The notes: a model not told the origin generated them from the letters alone. A stretch of 64,000 bases of DNA from Patescibacteria group bacterium (GCA_038062675.1 JBBTWP010000001.1:48920-112919), one strand, 5' to 3'. Positions 50,712 through 60,169 are shown, counted from the first letter of the stretch. A program made the numbers and translations.

Positions 50712-51146
50712 ATGAAGGTATTATTTATTTGCAAAAATAATCAATTCCGTAGCCAAATGGCTGCGTCAATATACAATCAGATAACGGGAACGGAAGATGC
50801 CGATTCTGCTGGTACATATGTCGGTTCTGTTGCTGTGCCAGAGGGGACTGTTATTGAGGGTTACTTTCGCACCCCCGACTTCTTTGAACTTATGGAGGAG
50901 AATGGGATGAACATAAGGGGCAATCGTACAAAAAAGCTTTTACCCGAAATGATCGAAAGTGCCAGCATTGTTGTTTCGATTGTGCAAGAACCGTTTATTC
51001 CAGATTTTCTACGTAACAATGAAAAAGTAATATGGTGGGGAATAGCCGATCCTTCCTTTGCTACACGCGAGGTCTCAGAAAAAACATACAGTGAGATAAA
51101 AAGCTTGGTTGAACAACTCGTTTCATCTGAGGGTGCGAGTCTCTAA
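50712..51146 (+). CDS. low-molecular-weight phosphotyrosine phosphatase / ArsC-like
   Basis: P-loop CKNNQFRS (CX5R-S) at the N-terminus. Confidence 0.75.
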   Translation: MKVLFICKNNQFRSQMAASIYNQITGTEDADSAGTYVGSVAVPEGTVIEGYFRTPDFFELMEENGMNIRGNRTKKLLPEMIESASIVVSIVQEPFIPDFLRNNEKVIWWGIADPSFATREVSEKTYSEIKSLVEQLVSSEGASL

Positions 51147-51182
51147 TAAAAACGCGGAATATTTCCGAAGTTCTTTTCAGAA

Positions 51183-51209
51183 GCCAGCAGAAATGCTGGT
51201 TTCTTTTTA
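51183..51209 (+). terminator. rho-independent terminator
   Basis: ccagca-gaaa-tgctgg plus tttcttttt. Confidence 0.6.
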
Positions 51210-51227
51210 TACATTGGAGCCAAAATT

Positions 51228-51312
51228 TTACCTATTGACAAGTTGAACATAAAATGTGAGTATTGCGTAGGAGTCGGAGTTATTTTAAGCAATGTTTTTA
51301 AAGGAGATAGAC
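51228..51312 (+). promoter_or_regulatory. duplicated promoter/leader copy B
   Basis: Shares ttgacaagtt, cataaaatgtgag and aatgtttttaaaggagata with copy A. Confidence 0.55.
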
Positions 51313-52560
51313 ATGAAGAAACTTGATATATTCGACAATTTAGTAGGTCGTGGCTTTGTAAAACAGTGTTCAAACGAGACTGCTTTACGCGAGCTGTTCG
51401 GTAAAGGACCGTTGGTCTTTTACGCTGGATTTGATCCAACAGCCGACAGTCTTCATGTGGGCAGTTTGGTTCCAATAATGGCGATGGCCCACATCCAGAG
51501 AGCTGGGCATACTCCGATATGTATTGTTGGGGGAGGCACGGCATTAATTGGTGACCCAAGCGGCAAAACAGAAACACGTCGCATGTTGACCGTAAATGAG
51601 ATCGACCACAACAAGGAAGGTCTCTTTGGGCAACTGCAGCGGTACTTGTCGTTTGGCGAAGGGAAAGGAATGATACTCAATAATGCCGACTGGCTTGTTG
51701 GGTTGAAATATATCGAATTCCTTCGAGACATTGGCCGTTACTTTAAGGTGAATGAAATGATACGAGTAGAATCGTATCGCCTTCGTCTTGAACGGCAGGA
51801 AGGATTGTCGTTTATCGAGTTTAACTATCAGCTACTTCAAGCGTATGACTTTTTGGAACTTCATGATCGTTACGGTTGTGTGTTGCAGATTGGCGGTGAC
51901 GATCAATGGGGGAATATGGTCGCTGGTACTGGGTTAATTCGGCAAGTTCGAAAGGCCGAGGCTCATGTTTTGACCTTCCCATTGCTTGAAACAGCAAACG
52001 GAAGGAAAATGGGCAAGACTGAGAATGGCACCATTTGGCTTGATGCAACAAAAACTGCGCCATATGACTTTTATCAGTACTGGAGAAATACTGATGACCG
52101 GGATGTAATTAAGTTTTTAAAGCTTTTTACGTTCTTGTCCTCGGAGGAAATAAGTCAGTACGAGAAGTTGAGTGGTGCGGAGCTTAAGCCCGCAAAAGAG
52201 CGCCTTGCATTTGAGGCTACAAAAATTACCCATGGAGAGCAGGCAGCAAAGGATTCAGCAGAGGCTGCTTCTCAGTTATTCGGTAATTCTAGTGGTTTGA
52301 ATTCAAACGCGGTGCCAACTGTTGAAATTAGGCAAGCCGTTCTTGCTCAGGGTGTCTCTGTTCCTGACTTGTTCAGGCTTGCTGGGCTAGTAAAAGGTAC
52401 TTCTGAGGCTCGGCGCCTTGCAGACCAAGGAGGTGCTTATGTTAATGAAAAGCGCGTTACGTCTGATCAGATGTTCTATAAATCTGATATGGTTGATGGT
52501 GTGCTACTTCTCCGACAAGGGAAAAAGCACTACTGTCGTGTGGTACTAGCTCTTGAATAG
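51313..52560 (+). CDS. tyrS: tyrosyl-tRNA synthetase
   Basis: HVGS(L) HIGH variant, KMGKT KMSKS motif, S4-like C-terminus. Confidence 0.9.
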   Translation: MKKLDIFDNLVGRGFVKQCSNETALRELFGKGPLVFYAGFDPTADSLHVGSLVPIMAMAHIQRAGHTPICIVGGGTALIGDPSGKTETRRMLTVNEIDHNKEGLFGQLQRYLSFGEGKGMILNNADWLVGLKYIEFLRDIGRYFKVNEMIRVESYRLRLERQEGLSFIEFNYQLLQAYDFLELHDRYGCVLQIGGDDQWGNMVAGTGLIRQVRKAEAHVLTFPLLETANGRKMGKTENGTIWLDATKTAPYDFYQYWRNTDDRDVIKFLKLFTFLSSEEISQYEKLSGAELKPAKERLAFEATKITHGEQAAKDSAEAASQLFGNSSGLNSNAVPTVEIRQAVLAQGVSVPDLFRLAGLVKGTSEARRLADQGGAYVNEKRVTSDQMFYKSDMVDGVLLLRQGKKHYCRVVLALE

Positions 52561-52569
52561 AGGTGCCAA

Positions 52570-53451
52570 ATGAGGAAAATAAAAGTTGGATATCTGGGGC
52601 CTGGTACTAATACTTTTGGGTACCAGGCCCTCCAGAAGTTTTTTGCAGGGAAAGGCTTCAAAAACATCGAGGCGGTGGCATTTACAAACCACAGCGAAGT
52701 GTGTTTAGCGGTCGGCAATATGGAAGTTGACTACGGTGTTGTTGCGATTGAGAATGTTATTGACGGGGTTGTGGCGGAGACTATCCGCGCTATTGAAAGT
52801 GTTGACAGTCACCTCGGCCTAAAAATCTGGGGCGAAGTCATCCTGTCGATAGAACTATTCTACATGAGCAAGAGTGGGGATGAATCACTTGTAAAAAAAC
52901 TCCTCTCTCATCCGACAGCTATTGGGCAATGCCGAAAGTTGGTATCCATGCTTCAAGAGCGTGGAATTCCAATCGAGGTACAGCCCTCGACATCTCGTGG
53001 TGCTGAGCTTGCATCAAGTGATTCTGAGGTTGCAGCACTTGCTTCCAAAGTTGCCCTAAGGAACTTTGGACTTAAGCTTATTCGCAAAGAGTCTGTTACT
53101 GACTACAAGAACAGTGCTACACGGTTCTGGGTTCTTGGAAAGGAGCATGCACGACTTGGCGAGGATACGGCATTAAAGTTTAAAACATGCTTCCTTGCCA
53201 ACCTTGAGCAAACAGCATCAGGAGTGCTTCATAAGACGCTTGGAGTTTTTGCAGAAAAAGGGATTAGCGTTCTCCTTGTGTACCCTAGCCCTATTTTGGG
53301 GAAAAAATGGGAATACACGTTTGTTCTTGAAGTAGGCGGTCATGTTTCGGAATCACGCATGATTGAGGCGTGGGAAGATTTTCGAAAACTTGGCATATCG
53401 CTCTTACCCCTGCGTTTCTTGGGGTCTTATCTTGATACAACATCAGGATGA
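52570..53451 (+). CDS. pheA: prephenate dehydratase with ACT domain
   Basis: PDT domain (VGYLGPGTNTFGYQA) plus C-terminal ACT. Confidence 0.85.
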   Translation: MRKIKVGYLGPGTNTFGYQALQKFFAGKGFKNIEAVAFTNHSEVCLAVGNMEVDYGVVAIENVIDGVVAETIRAIESVDSHLGLKIWGEVILSIELFYMSKSGDESLVKKLLSHPTAIGQCRKLVSMLQERGIPIEVQPSTSRGAELASSDSEVAALASKVALRNFGLKLIRKESVTDYKNSATRFWVLGKEHARLGEDTALKFKTCFLANLEQTASGVLHKTLGVFAEKGISVLLVYPSPILGKKWEYTFVLEVGGHVSESRMIEAWEDFRKLGISLLPLRFLGSYLDTTSG

Positions 53452-53454
53452 AAA

Positions 53455-53487
53455 AAACCGGGTTGAAATATACCCGGTTTTTCTTTT
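53455..53487 (+). terminator. rho-independent terminator
   Basis: aaccgggt-tgaaatat-acccggtt plus T5. Confidence 0.8.
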
Positions 53488-53522
53488 GCTAGTTAACCTC
53501 CTGTTTTGAGGTGTATTTTGAC

Positions 53523-53892
53523 TGTACTATTCACGGGCGCAGGGGAAGCTATTCAGAATGGCACGGCAGGTGACTTGTATGTCAGAATTCACGTCGCCCC
53601 ACATAAAGTATTCCATCGTGAGGGACAAAATCTCGTTATGCATCTTTCAGTGAAATTCACTGACGCTATTTTGGGCGCCGAATATCCAATAGAAACATTG
53701 GACGGCAAAATAGATTTGTCGATTCCGAAAGGGGTGTCGTCGGGTGAGGTTCTGCGTGTGCGCGGCAAAGGGGTGCCCATGGGCGCCAAGCACCGTGGCG
53801 ACCTCCTTATAAAGCTTGAAATAAAAACCCCCACCAAACTTTCCCGCCAAGCACTCAAGCTTGTTGAAGAACTGCGGGGGGAAGGTGTATAA
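53523..53892 (+). pseudogene. truncated duplicate of the dnaJ 3' end (C-terminal domain fragment)
   Basis: About 95% nt identity to 47270-47630, including a ~170-nt identical core; no J-domain or zinc finger. Confidence 0.85.
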
Positions 53893-53895
53893 TGA

Positions 53896-54585
53896 ATGTA
53901 CATGAATTTATTTTCTTGGACCCCGTTTATTTTGCAGACAATGGTATACCCGTTCACATGGGTCGGGTTAAGATTTTTTACACACATTCGTATCTTGGGA
54001 GAAGAAAATTTAGTGGGACATACACAAGGAGTAATCTTTGCTGTTAATCATCTCAGTGAACTTGACCCAATTCTAATCCCTGCAACACTGAATCCTTTTT
54101 CTCCTTTAATGCCTATGTTTTATACCGCTCGTGAGCGGTTTTTTTATGAAAAAAAAGGGCTTGCACAGTATTTTTATGGAGGCACCTTTTTTAAACTTTG
54201 GGGAGCATACACTGCGTATGTTGGGACAGGGGATCTCGCTTTGTCGCTTAGGCACCATATTCGCATTCTGAAAAAAGGAAAGAGCGTATGCATTTTCCCT
54301 GAGGGAGGTAAAATTCCAGAAGGAGTTATTATTGAGGGGAAAACCGGTGTTGCGTATTTGTTGTGGAGAACAGGGGTGCCAGTAATTCCTGTTGCTATGC
54401 GCGGACACTATAAAATGACTTCTCGAGAGTTTTGTGCGCGTACGCGCACAATCACGGTTTCATATGGAAAACCCATCACAAAGCAAGAACTTTTTAATTT
54501 GCGCCCAGATCCTGGGGTGGTACCCACGCGAGAAGAACTTCGTACTGCCACACATATCATTATGTCGCGTATTCGTGAGATGTAA
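53896..54585 (+). CDS. plsC: 1-acyl-sn-glycerol-3-phosphate acyltransferase (LPLAT family)
   Basis: NHLSELD (HX4D) and FPEGG motifs. Confidence 0.8.
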   Translation: MYMNLFSWTPFILQTMVYPFTWVGLRFFTHIRILGEENLVGHTQGVIFAVNHLSELDPILIPATLNPFSPLMPMFYTARERFFYEKKGLAQYFYGGTFFKLWGAYTAYVGTGDLALSLRHHIRILKKGKSVCIFPEGGKIPEGVIIEGKTGVAYLLWRTGVPVIPVAMRGHYKMTSREFCARTRTITVSYGKPITKQELFNLRPDPGVVPTREELRTATHIIMSRIREM

Positions 54586-54683
54586 AAAGATTTTTTTGTT
54601 TATGAATGCAAAGTAGGATTCTGTTTGGTATAATAGAGGAGGAGAATATAAGTCAAATTATTTTTTTAAATTAATCTACAAAA

Positions 54684-56318
54684 ATGCTTAGTCAGGAAGC
54701 CCTCCAAAAAATTTTAGGCATCAAAGAAGATGTGTATGTTACTCCAGAAGAAATGGCTGACAAGCTAAACATCACTTTTTTTCCGTATGACCCTAGATCC
54801 GCTAGTGCTCAAGTGTTGAAATTTTTACAACAACTGGAAAAGACTTTCTTGGAATTAAATGTAAATATCGTTCCGTATGAAAAAGCGCTCGTTAAAATTC
54901 CAACGAGGAAAATTTTAAAGAAAGTATATCTTCTGTCTCTTAATAATCTTTTTTATGTACTTGAAAAGATTACAGGAAGGGGTTCTGGTCGAAATTATGT
55001 TGAACTTTCAGCGATAAAAAAAATGCTCTTGAGACCAAAGAGAGTGAAGGCCGGCATTTCGATTATTGCTATAGCCAATGAGAAGGCAGGGGAGTTGCCA
55101 ATTGATTATACTTCGAGTTTTCGACACAGTTCTGTTGTGACGGTGCTCGATATGCCAAGTAATATCTCAAAAGAGTCTACTTTCCATGAACATTTTGATA
55201 CGGCAATGTCTTTGTTTGCACAACATATGACCAATATTGTGATTGGAGTGAACCAAAAAGAATGGATACTATATAATTTTAATGCTTCTCATCCAGTATA
55301 TCCGCTTCATGAAAATTTCAAGGCTAACATTTTGAAGGCGTTGATTTCAAAAATTGTTGCACCGATTATGCCATACCGTTTTTCTGATTTTGCAGCCACC
55401 TCCGAGCATTTTAAAGTAACTGATGAGCCATACAAAAGTCTTGTTGCGGATTTTTTGGCAAGTGGAGAACTCCTCGAAAAAGCTTCTCTTTATCCGAAAG
55501 GAAAAAAAATAAATGATTTGCCATTTCGGAATGAGTTTTATAAATTGGTAGGTAAAATACATTTGGATAATAGAAGTGGGATGAGCTATGGGTTTCTTGC
55601 GTTGCAGATGCCGGTGAATGTTACGCCTGCAGTTCTCTTTGAAAAATCTCCAGAAAAAGAATTTTTCATGAATACAAAAAAAGATTATATAGTAAAGGAA
55701 GATGGAACAATTTTTATTGCAGTAGAATTGTCGCAAGCAAAGTATGTTGTAAAAGTTCCTGATATTTTTGTATTGTCTCAAAAATCTGGTTCTGATAAAA
55801 CAAATTTTAATCCAGACAAAGATTTGATCAGGCTTGGCTTGGTTAAGGGGGCGATGGTTCTTGCGACGCCGGAAGGTCTGGTCCTTACTTCGGATTTTAA
55901 GCCTTCTTTTGACACCAAAGTCATTCTTGCTCATGCGGTGGGGAATGCAATTGTTGCCTCGCTATTGAAAGTGGTTGAAAAAGAATCCAAGTTTGTGGAT
56001 ATGCTTGAAGCGCGGGGTATGGCACTTGTGCATTGGCATGGATATGTGAATCAGAAATTTATCCCTGACAATTTCCATGTACATGGTGCGGGGAATCCGC
56101 ATGTTTCTTGTTCTTCTCCACAATCTGCCCTTTATGCTATTGATGGAAAATTACGAGCTTTTTCTCACGCGCTCACAGAAGGAGTTGGCTATTTGGGCGA
56201 TGTGCACATTGAGCCACACCATGGAACAAACATGACTTTCCCGTCGCTTGAGGCGTTTGGGAGGTTTGTAACGAGTGGTCCAGAAGTCACATCCTTGGGT
56301 AATAAGTATCTCCACTAA
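54684..56318 (+). CDS. hypothetical 544-aa soluble protein
   Basis: No recognisable motif; His-rich C-terminus; 5-nt gap to the downstream histidine kinase. Confidence 0.5.
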   Translation: MLSQEALQKILGIKEDVYVTPEEMADKLNITFFPYDPRSASAQVLKFLQQLEKTFLELNVNIVPYEKALVKIPTRKILKKVYLLSLNNLFYVLEKITGRGSGRNYVELSAIKKMLLRPKRVKAGISIIAIANEKAGELPIDYTSSFRHSSVVTVLDMPSNISKESTFHEHFDTAMSLFAQHMTNIVIGVNQKEWILYNFNASHPVYPLHENFKANILKALISKIVAPIMPYRFSDFAATSEHFKVTDEPYKSLVADFLASGELLEKASLYPKGKKINDLPFRNEFYKLVGKIHLDNRSGMSYGFLALQMPVNVTPAVLFEKSPEKEFFMNTKKDYIVKEDGTIFIAVELSQAKYVVKVPDIFVLSQKSGSDKTNFNPDKDLIRLGLVKGAMVLATPEGLVLTSDFKPSFDTKVILAHAVGNAIVASLLKVVEKESKFVDMLEARGMALVHWHGYVNQKFIPDNFHVHGAGNPHVSCSSPQSALYAIDGKLRAFSHALTEGVGYLGDVHIEPHHGTNMTFPSLEAFGRFVTSGPEVTSLGNKYLH

Positions 56319-56323
56319 TATTT

Positions 56324-58024
56324 ATGGATATTCTTTCAGAAATAAATTATTACAGTTTTGCACTACTTCTTGGCGGGGTGGTTGCCTTAGTTTCTGGTAT
56401 CAGTGTTTATTTGAAAAGTGAAAAAGGAGAACAGTACGGTGTATGGTTATTGTTGAACATTAGTAGCGCGGTATGGAGTTTTGGATACTTTATAATGATT
56501 CTTGCAAAGAGTGATAAAATCGCCTTGTGGAGTAATTGGATGCTCCATTTTGGTGCAATTTTTATCCCAGTTCTGTATTTTTTGTTCATTATTTTTATAA
56601 CAGACGCATATAAAAAATACAGACGATATATATATGTTGGAGTTATTTTTTTACTTTTCTTTTTAATCACTAACACAACAACGTTTTTTGTGAAAGGGGT
56701 TTTACCAAAATATGTTTTTAATTACGCTCCTGACGCCGGACCCCTATACCCATATTTTACGGCCTACTTCTTTTTCTTTATTGGACTTGCTATCTTCATT
56801 TTGATATTAAAAATTTTAAGGACTGAAGGTCAAGAAGCTTTGCGTTTAAAATATATTCTGTGGTCTTCTATCGCAGGGTTTCTTGGTGGGGGAAGTGTAT
56901 TCTTTTTAACATTCAACGTGGACATACCACCATATCCTTTGATTGCATTCTCTCTTTACCCGTTAATTATCGATTACGCAATTCTTAAACACAATCTTTT
57001 TAGTATTAAGGTTATTCTTGTTGAGCTTGCTGTTTTTCTTTTGAACTTATTTTTGTTCCTCAATGTTTTGACTTTTAATAGCATAGACAGCTTTATTCTT
57101 AACGGATCAGTATTTTTGGCTACTCTCATTTTTAGTGTGTTACTTTTGCGAACGATTTATAAAGACATTCGAATACGTGAGAGGGTTTCGGAGTTGGCAA
57201 AGCAAATGATGGTCGCCAATGACCGGTTGAGGTATATGGAAAAACAAAAAACAGAATTTGTTTCCATTGCGTCTCACCAGTTGCGTACGCCCCTCACGGT
57301 TATTAAGGGATATGTGTCCATGATTAGAGAGGGGACGTTTGGACCTCTTTCTGAGAGTGCTCGTGATGCAATGGACAAATTGCATAAATCCAGCGAAAAA
57401 ATGGTGGAACTTGTGGAAGACCTCCTAACGGTTTCTCGGTTGGAACAGAAGCGCGCAGTGCTTCGCTTTGAGGTTACTGACGTTGTGCGTATGATGCGCA
57501 ACATTATCGCCGGAGTGGAAGACGAGGCTGATCATGTGGGGCTTAAAATGTCCCTTGTTGCGCCGGCGGACATGAAATTTCTTTCTATGATCGATGAGAA
57601 AAAGTTTATTCAAGCAATAAAACATATCTTGGATAATGCCATTCGATATACAAATCCACCCGGTTTTGTGCGTATTGTGATTTCAAAAAGCACTCTGCCG
57701 GGAATGATTCGAATTTCTATTTCAGACACCGGCATGGGGATGACTGAAGAAAAATTGCGATCTCTTTCGGAACAACTTGATTTCAAGGCAAGTGCGGTGG
57801 TTGCCAGACTTAAGACAATAATGCCAAAAACAAAGCACCAGCCCGGAGAGGTTCTCGGTCAATCGGAGGTAAAAAATGCGCCAACAGGAGACAAGACAGT
57901 AGGGGTAGGTCTCTACATCGCTAAAGAGATCATCTCTGCACATCGAGGCAATATTTGGGCAAAATCCGAGGGCCTGAATAAAGGAACTACGGTTATTGTG
58001 GAAATTCCCGAGGTGAAGAATTAA
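56324..58024 (+). CDS. sensor histidine kinase with 7TM N-terminal domain
   Basis: Seven or eight TM helices; HisKA H-box SIASHQLRTPLT; HATPase N, G1 and G2 boxes. Confidence 0.85.
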   Translation: MDILSEINYYSFALLLGGVVALVSGISVYLKSEKGEQYGVWLLLNISSAVWSFGYFIMILAKSDKIALWSNWMLHFGAIFIPVLYFLFIIFITDAYKKYRRYIYVGVIFLLFFLITNTTTFFVKGVLPKYVFNYAPDAGPLYPYFTAYFFFFIGLAIFILILKILRTEGQEALRLKYILWSSIAGFLGGGSVFFLTFNVDIPPYPLIAFSLYPLIIDYAILKHNLFSIKVILVELAVFLLNLFLFLNVLTFNSIDSFILNGSVFLATLIFSVLLLRTIYKDIRIRERVSELAKQMMVANDRLRYMEKQKTEFVSIASHQLRTPLTVIKGYVSMIREGTFGPLSESARDAMDKLHKSSEKMVELVEDLLTVSRLEQKRAVLRFEVTDVVRMMRNIIAGVEDEADHVGLKMSLVAPADMKFLSMIDEKKFIQAIKHILDNAIRYTNPPGFVRIVISKSTLPGMIRISISDTGMGMTEEKLRSLSEQLDFKASAVVARLKTIMPKTKHQPGEVLGQSEVKNAPTGDKTVGVGLYIAKEIISAHRGNIWAKSEGLNKGTTVIVEIPEVKN

Positions 58025-58154
58025 AAATCCTTGACGCCCCCTCGATGGTAATAAATGCCAGAAATTTGACTTAAAAGCCTTGTTTTGGAGGGTTTGCAGT
58101 GGATTTGAAGGTTTCCCTTGCAATTTCTTTTATTTTGTGTAGAATAAAGGGACT

Positions 58155-58472
58155 ATGAATTTTGCAGTAATCCAGACAGGCGGTAAACAATACAAGGTCG
58201 CTCCGGGCGAAATGCTCACGATTGAGAAGCTTCCGGGCGACTTTAAAAAAGGGGACAAGATTGTTTTTGATCAGGTTCTCTTGGTCAACGACGGCTCAAA
58301 GACTCTTGTTGGAGCACCACTTGTTTCTGGGGCAACCGTCGAAGCTGATTTTGAGGAGAATGGCCGTGGTAAAAAAGTCATTGTCATTCACTATCGCCAA
58401 AAGAGCCGTCATTTTAAAAAGAACGGACATCGTCAGCCTTACACAAAAGTAAAGATAAGTGCAATTAAGTAA
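58155..58472 (+). CDS. rplU: 50S ribosomal protein L21
   Basis: MNFAVIQTGGKQYKV. Confidence 0.9.
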   Translation: MNFAVIQTGGKQYKVAPGEMLTIEKLPGDFKKGDKIVFDQVLLVNDGSKTLVGAPLVSGATVEADFEENGRGKKVIVIHYRQKSRHFKKNGHRQPYTKVKISAIK

Positions 58473-58482
58473 ATAACTCTGC

Positions 58483-58510
58483 AAAAAAAATCGGCTCACG
58501 CCGATTTTTT
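58483..58510 (+). terminator. rho-independent terminator
   Basis: aaaatcggc-tcac-gccgatttttt. Confidence 0.8.
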
Positions 58511-58529
58511 AGTATGACGAGTTTGTAAA

Positions 58530-59534
58530 TTGCATGCTATGATGGGAGTTGTGAAATATCGTCTTTTTTACATTTCAGGGATAGTTACGGCTGTTGGGCT
58601 TCTGTCCGCGTTTTTGTGGGGTGGCACAAAGGCACTTTTTATAACGGGACTTTTAGCGATACTAGAAGTAACGTTGTCTTTCGATAATGCGGTGGTGAAT
58701 GCGAAGATATTAAAACGCATGAATGCCCTCTGGCAGGAGCGTTTTTTGACGTGGGGGATTTTGGTTGCGGTATTTGGGACACGCGTATTCCTCCCTATTC
58801 TTATTGTGGCGGCGAGCGTCGGAGCTTCGCCTTGGGTTATCGCAACTCTTGCGGTCAATGATTCTGTTCAGTATGCCAAGCTGGTGGCAGATGCGCATTA
58901 TGCCATCGGAGCCTTTGGCGGAATATTTCTCCTTCTTGTATCATTGAAATATTTTTTTGATGCAGAAAAAAATGTACATTGGATTTCCGCTGTCGAGCGA
59001 CGACTGGCAAGGTGGGGGAGTATCGAGGCGATTGAAATCGCACTTGCTCTTGTTGGCATTGCGGTGCTCTCAGTGCTTGTTGACTCAACCCACCAATCAA
59101 CGGTGCTGTTTTCAGGGCTCATTGGCGCAATTCTCTTTATTGTCATCGAGGGTGTTGCAAGCTCGTTTGATGTGGAAGCAAAGGGTGTTGCTGGGAGCAG
59201 TATCGCACTTTTTTTGTATTTAAATGTACTCGATTCGGCATTTTCTTTAGATGGTGTGGTGGGTGCGTTTGCCCTTTCTTCTGACTTGGTAGTGATTGGC
59301 ATCGGGCTTGGCATTGGTGCGTTCTTTGTCCGCTCTCTGACAGTATTTTTTGTGCGTGAGCGCATGCTCGATACGTTGGTATATCTTGAACACGGAGCGC
59401 ATTGGGCAATATTTGGGCTTGCAATGACGATGCTCGGTGGACTTTTGGTGCCTATTAACGAAGTGATCATCGGGCTCATCGGGTTTGTGTTTATTGTGCT
59501 CGCGTATGTTTCGTCAAAAAAAGCACTGCGGTAG
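58530..59534 (+). CDS. DUF475/TerC-family integral membrane protein
   Basis: LSFDNAVVNA signature; 8-9 TM helices. Confidence 0.6.
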   Translation: MHAMMGVVKYRLFYISGIVTAVGLLSAFLWGGTKALFITGLLAILEVTLSFDNAVVNAKILKRMNALWQERFLTWGILVAVFGTRVFLPILIVAASVGASPWVIATLAVNDSVQYAKLVADAHYAIGAFGGIFLLLVSLKYFFDAEKNVHWISAVERRLARWGSIEAIEIALALVGIAVLSVLVDSTHQSTVLFSGLIGAILFIVIEGVASSFDVEAKGVAGSSIALFLYLNVLDSAFSLDGVVGAFALSSDLVVIGIGLGIGAFFVRSLTVFFVRERMLDTLVYLEHGAHWAIFGLAMTMLGGLLVPINEVIIGLIGFVFIVLAYVSSKKALR

Positions 59535-59557
59535 GTAGATTAAGGTTTAGGCTGGGG

Positions 59558-60169
59558 CTATCCCCGATTTTTGAGCGCGTGGCGGAGGGTTTCGGAGTCG
59601 GAGTACTCGAGCTCGGTACCGGTGGAGAGACCGCGTCCAAGGGTGGTGATTTTGAGCCCATGTTTCTGCGTTAGTGGTTCAAGTGTCTTGGCGACATAGT
59701 CGCGGGTAAAATCGCCCTCAACGTTCGCAGAAAGGGCAAGGATGACTTCAGAGAGGCCTTCTTTTGTGCCGTGCTCGATGCGCGCCAGAAGCTCGCGGAT
59801 GCGAATTTTTGACGCTGGGTCGCGCTCAAGGACGGGGATGGTGCCACCAAGCACAAAATATCGTCCCGCATGTCCGCCGCTGCGGCGCATGTTTTCCATG
59901 TCGGAGTCTTTTTCAATAACCAAAAGTGCGCTTGGGTCAGCATCGCTTGAACATATGTCGCATATGGTTCCGTTGTTTTTGTGCGGATAAAAGCGAAAAC
60001 ATGATGAGCATTGTGCAATATTATTTTTGAGGTCGCCAATTTCGCGCACCAAGCTTTCGAGAAAACGCGGATCTTGAGCAAGGAGAAAATACACAAAGCG
60101 TTTTGCTTGGCGTGTCCCAATGCCGGGGAACTTCATAAATAAACTCGCAAGATTTTCGATGGTACTCAT
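59558..60169 (-). CDS. recR: recombination protein RecR
   Basis: HhH, C4 zinc finger and Toprim pattern. Confidence 0.9.
   Translation of the reverse strand: MSTIENLASLFMKFPGIGTRQAKRFVYFLLAQDPRFLESLVREIGDLKNNIAQCSSCFRFYPHKNNGTICDICSSDADPSALLVIEKDSDMENMRRSGGHAGRYFVLGGTIPVLERDPASKIRIRELLARIEHGTKEGLSEVILALSANVEGDFTRDYVAKTLEPLTQKHGLKITTLGRGLSTGTELEYSDSETLRHALKNRG

Noticed and set aside
47644-53451. Prophage or integrative conjugative element inside the dnaJ-repeat-bracketed block
   Set aside because: No integrase, recombinase, capsid, terminase, relaxase or transposase-like ORF. The cargo is metabolic and housekeeping, so the insertion mechanism is left open.
47270-53892. Diversity-generating retroelement (template versus variable repeat) as the explanation for the dnaJ repeat pair
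   Set aside because: Mismatches between the copies are not adenine-specific, there is no reverse transcriptase ORF, and the repeats are at a protein C-terminus of a chaperone, not a C-type-lectin target.
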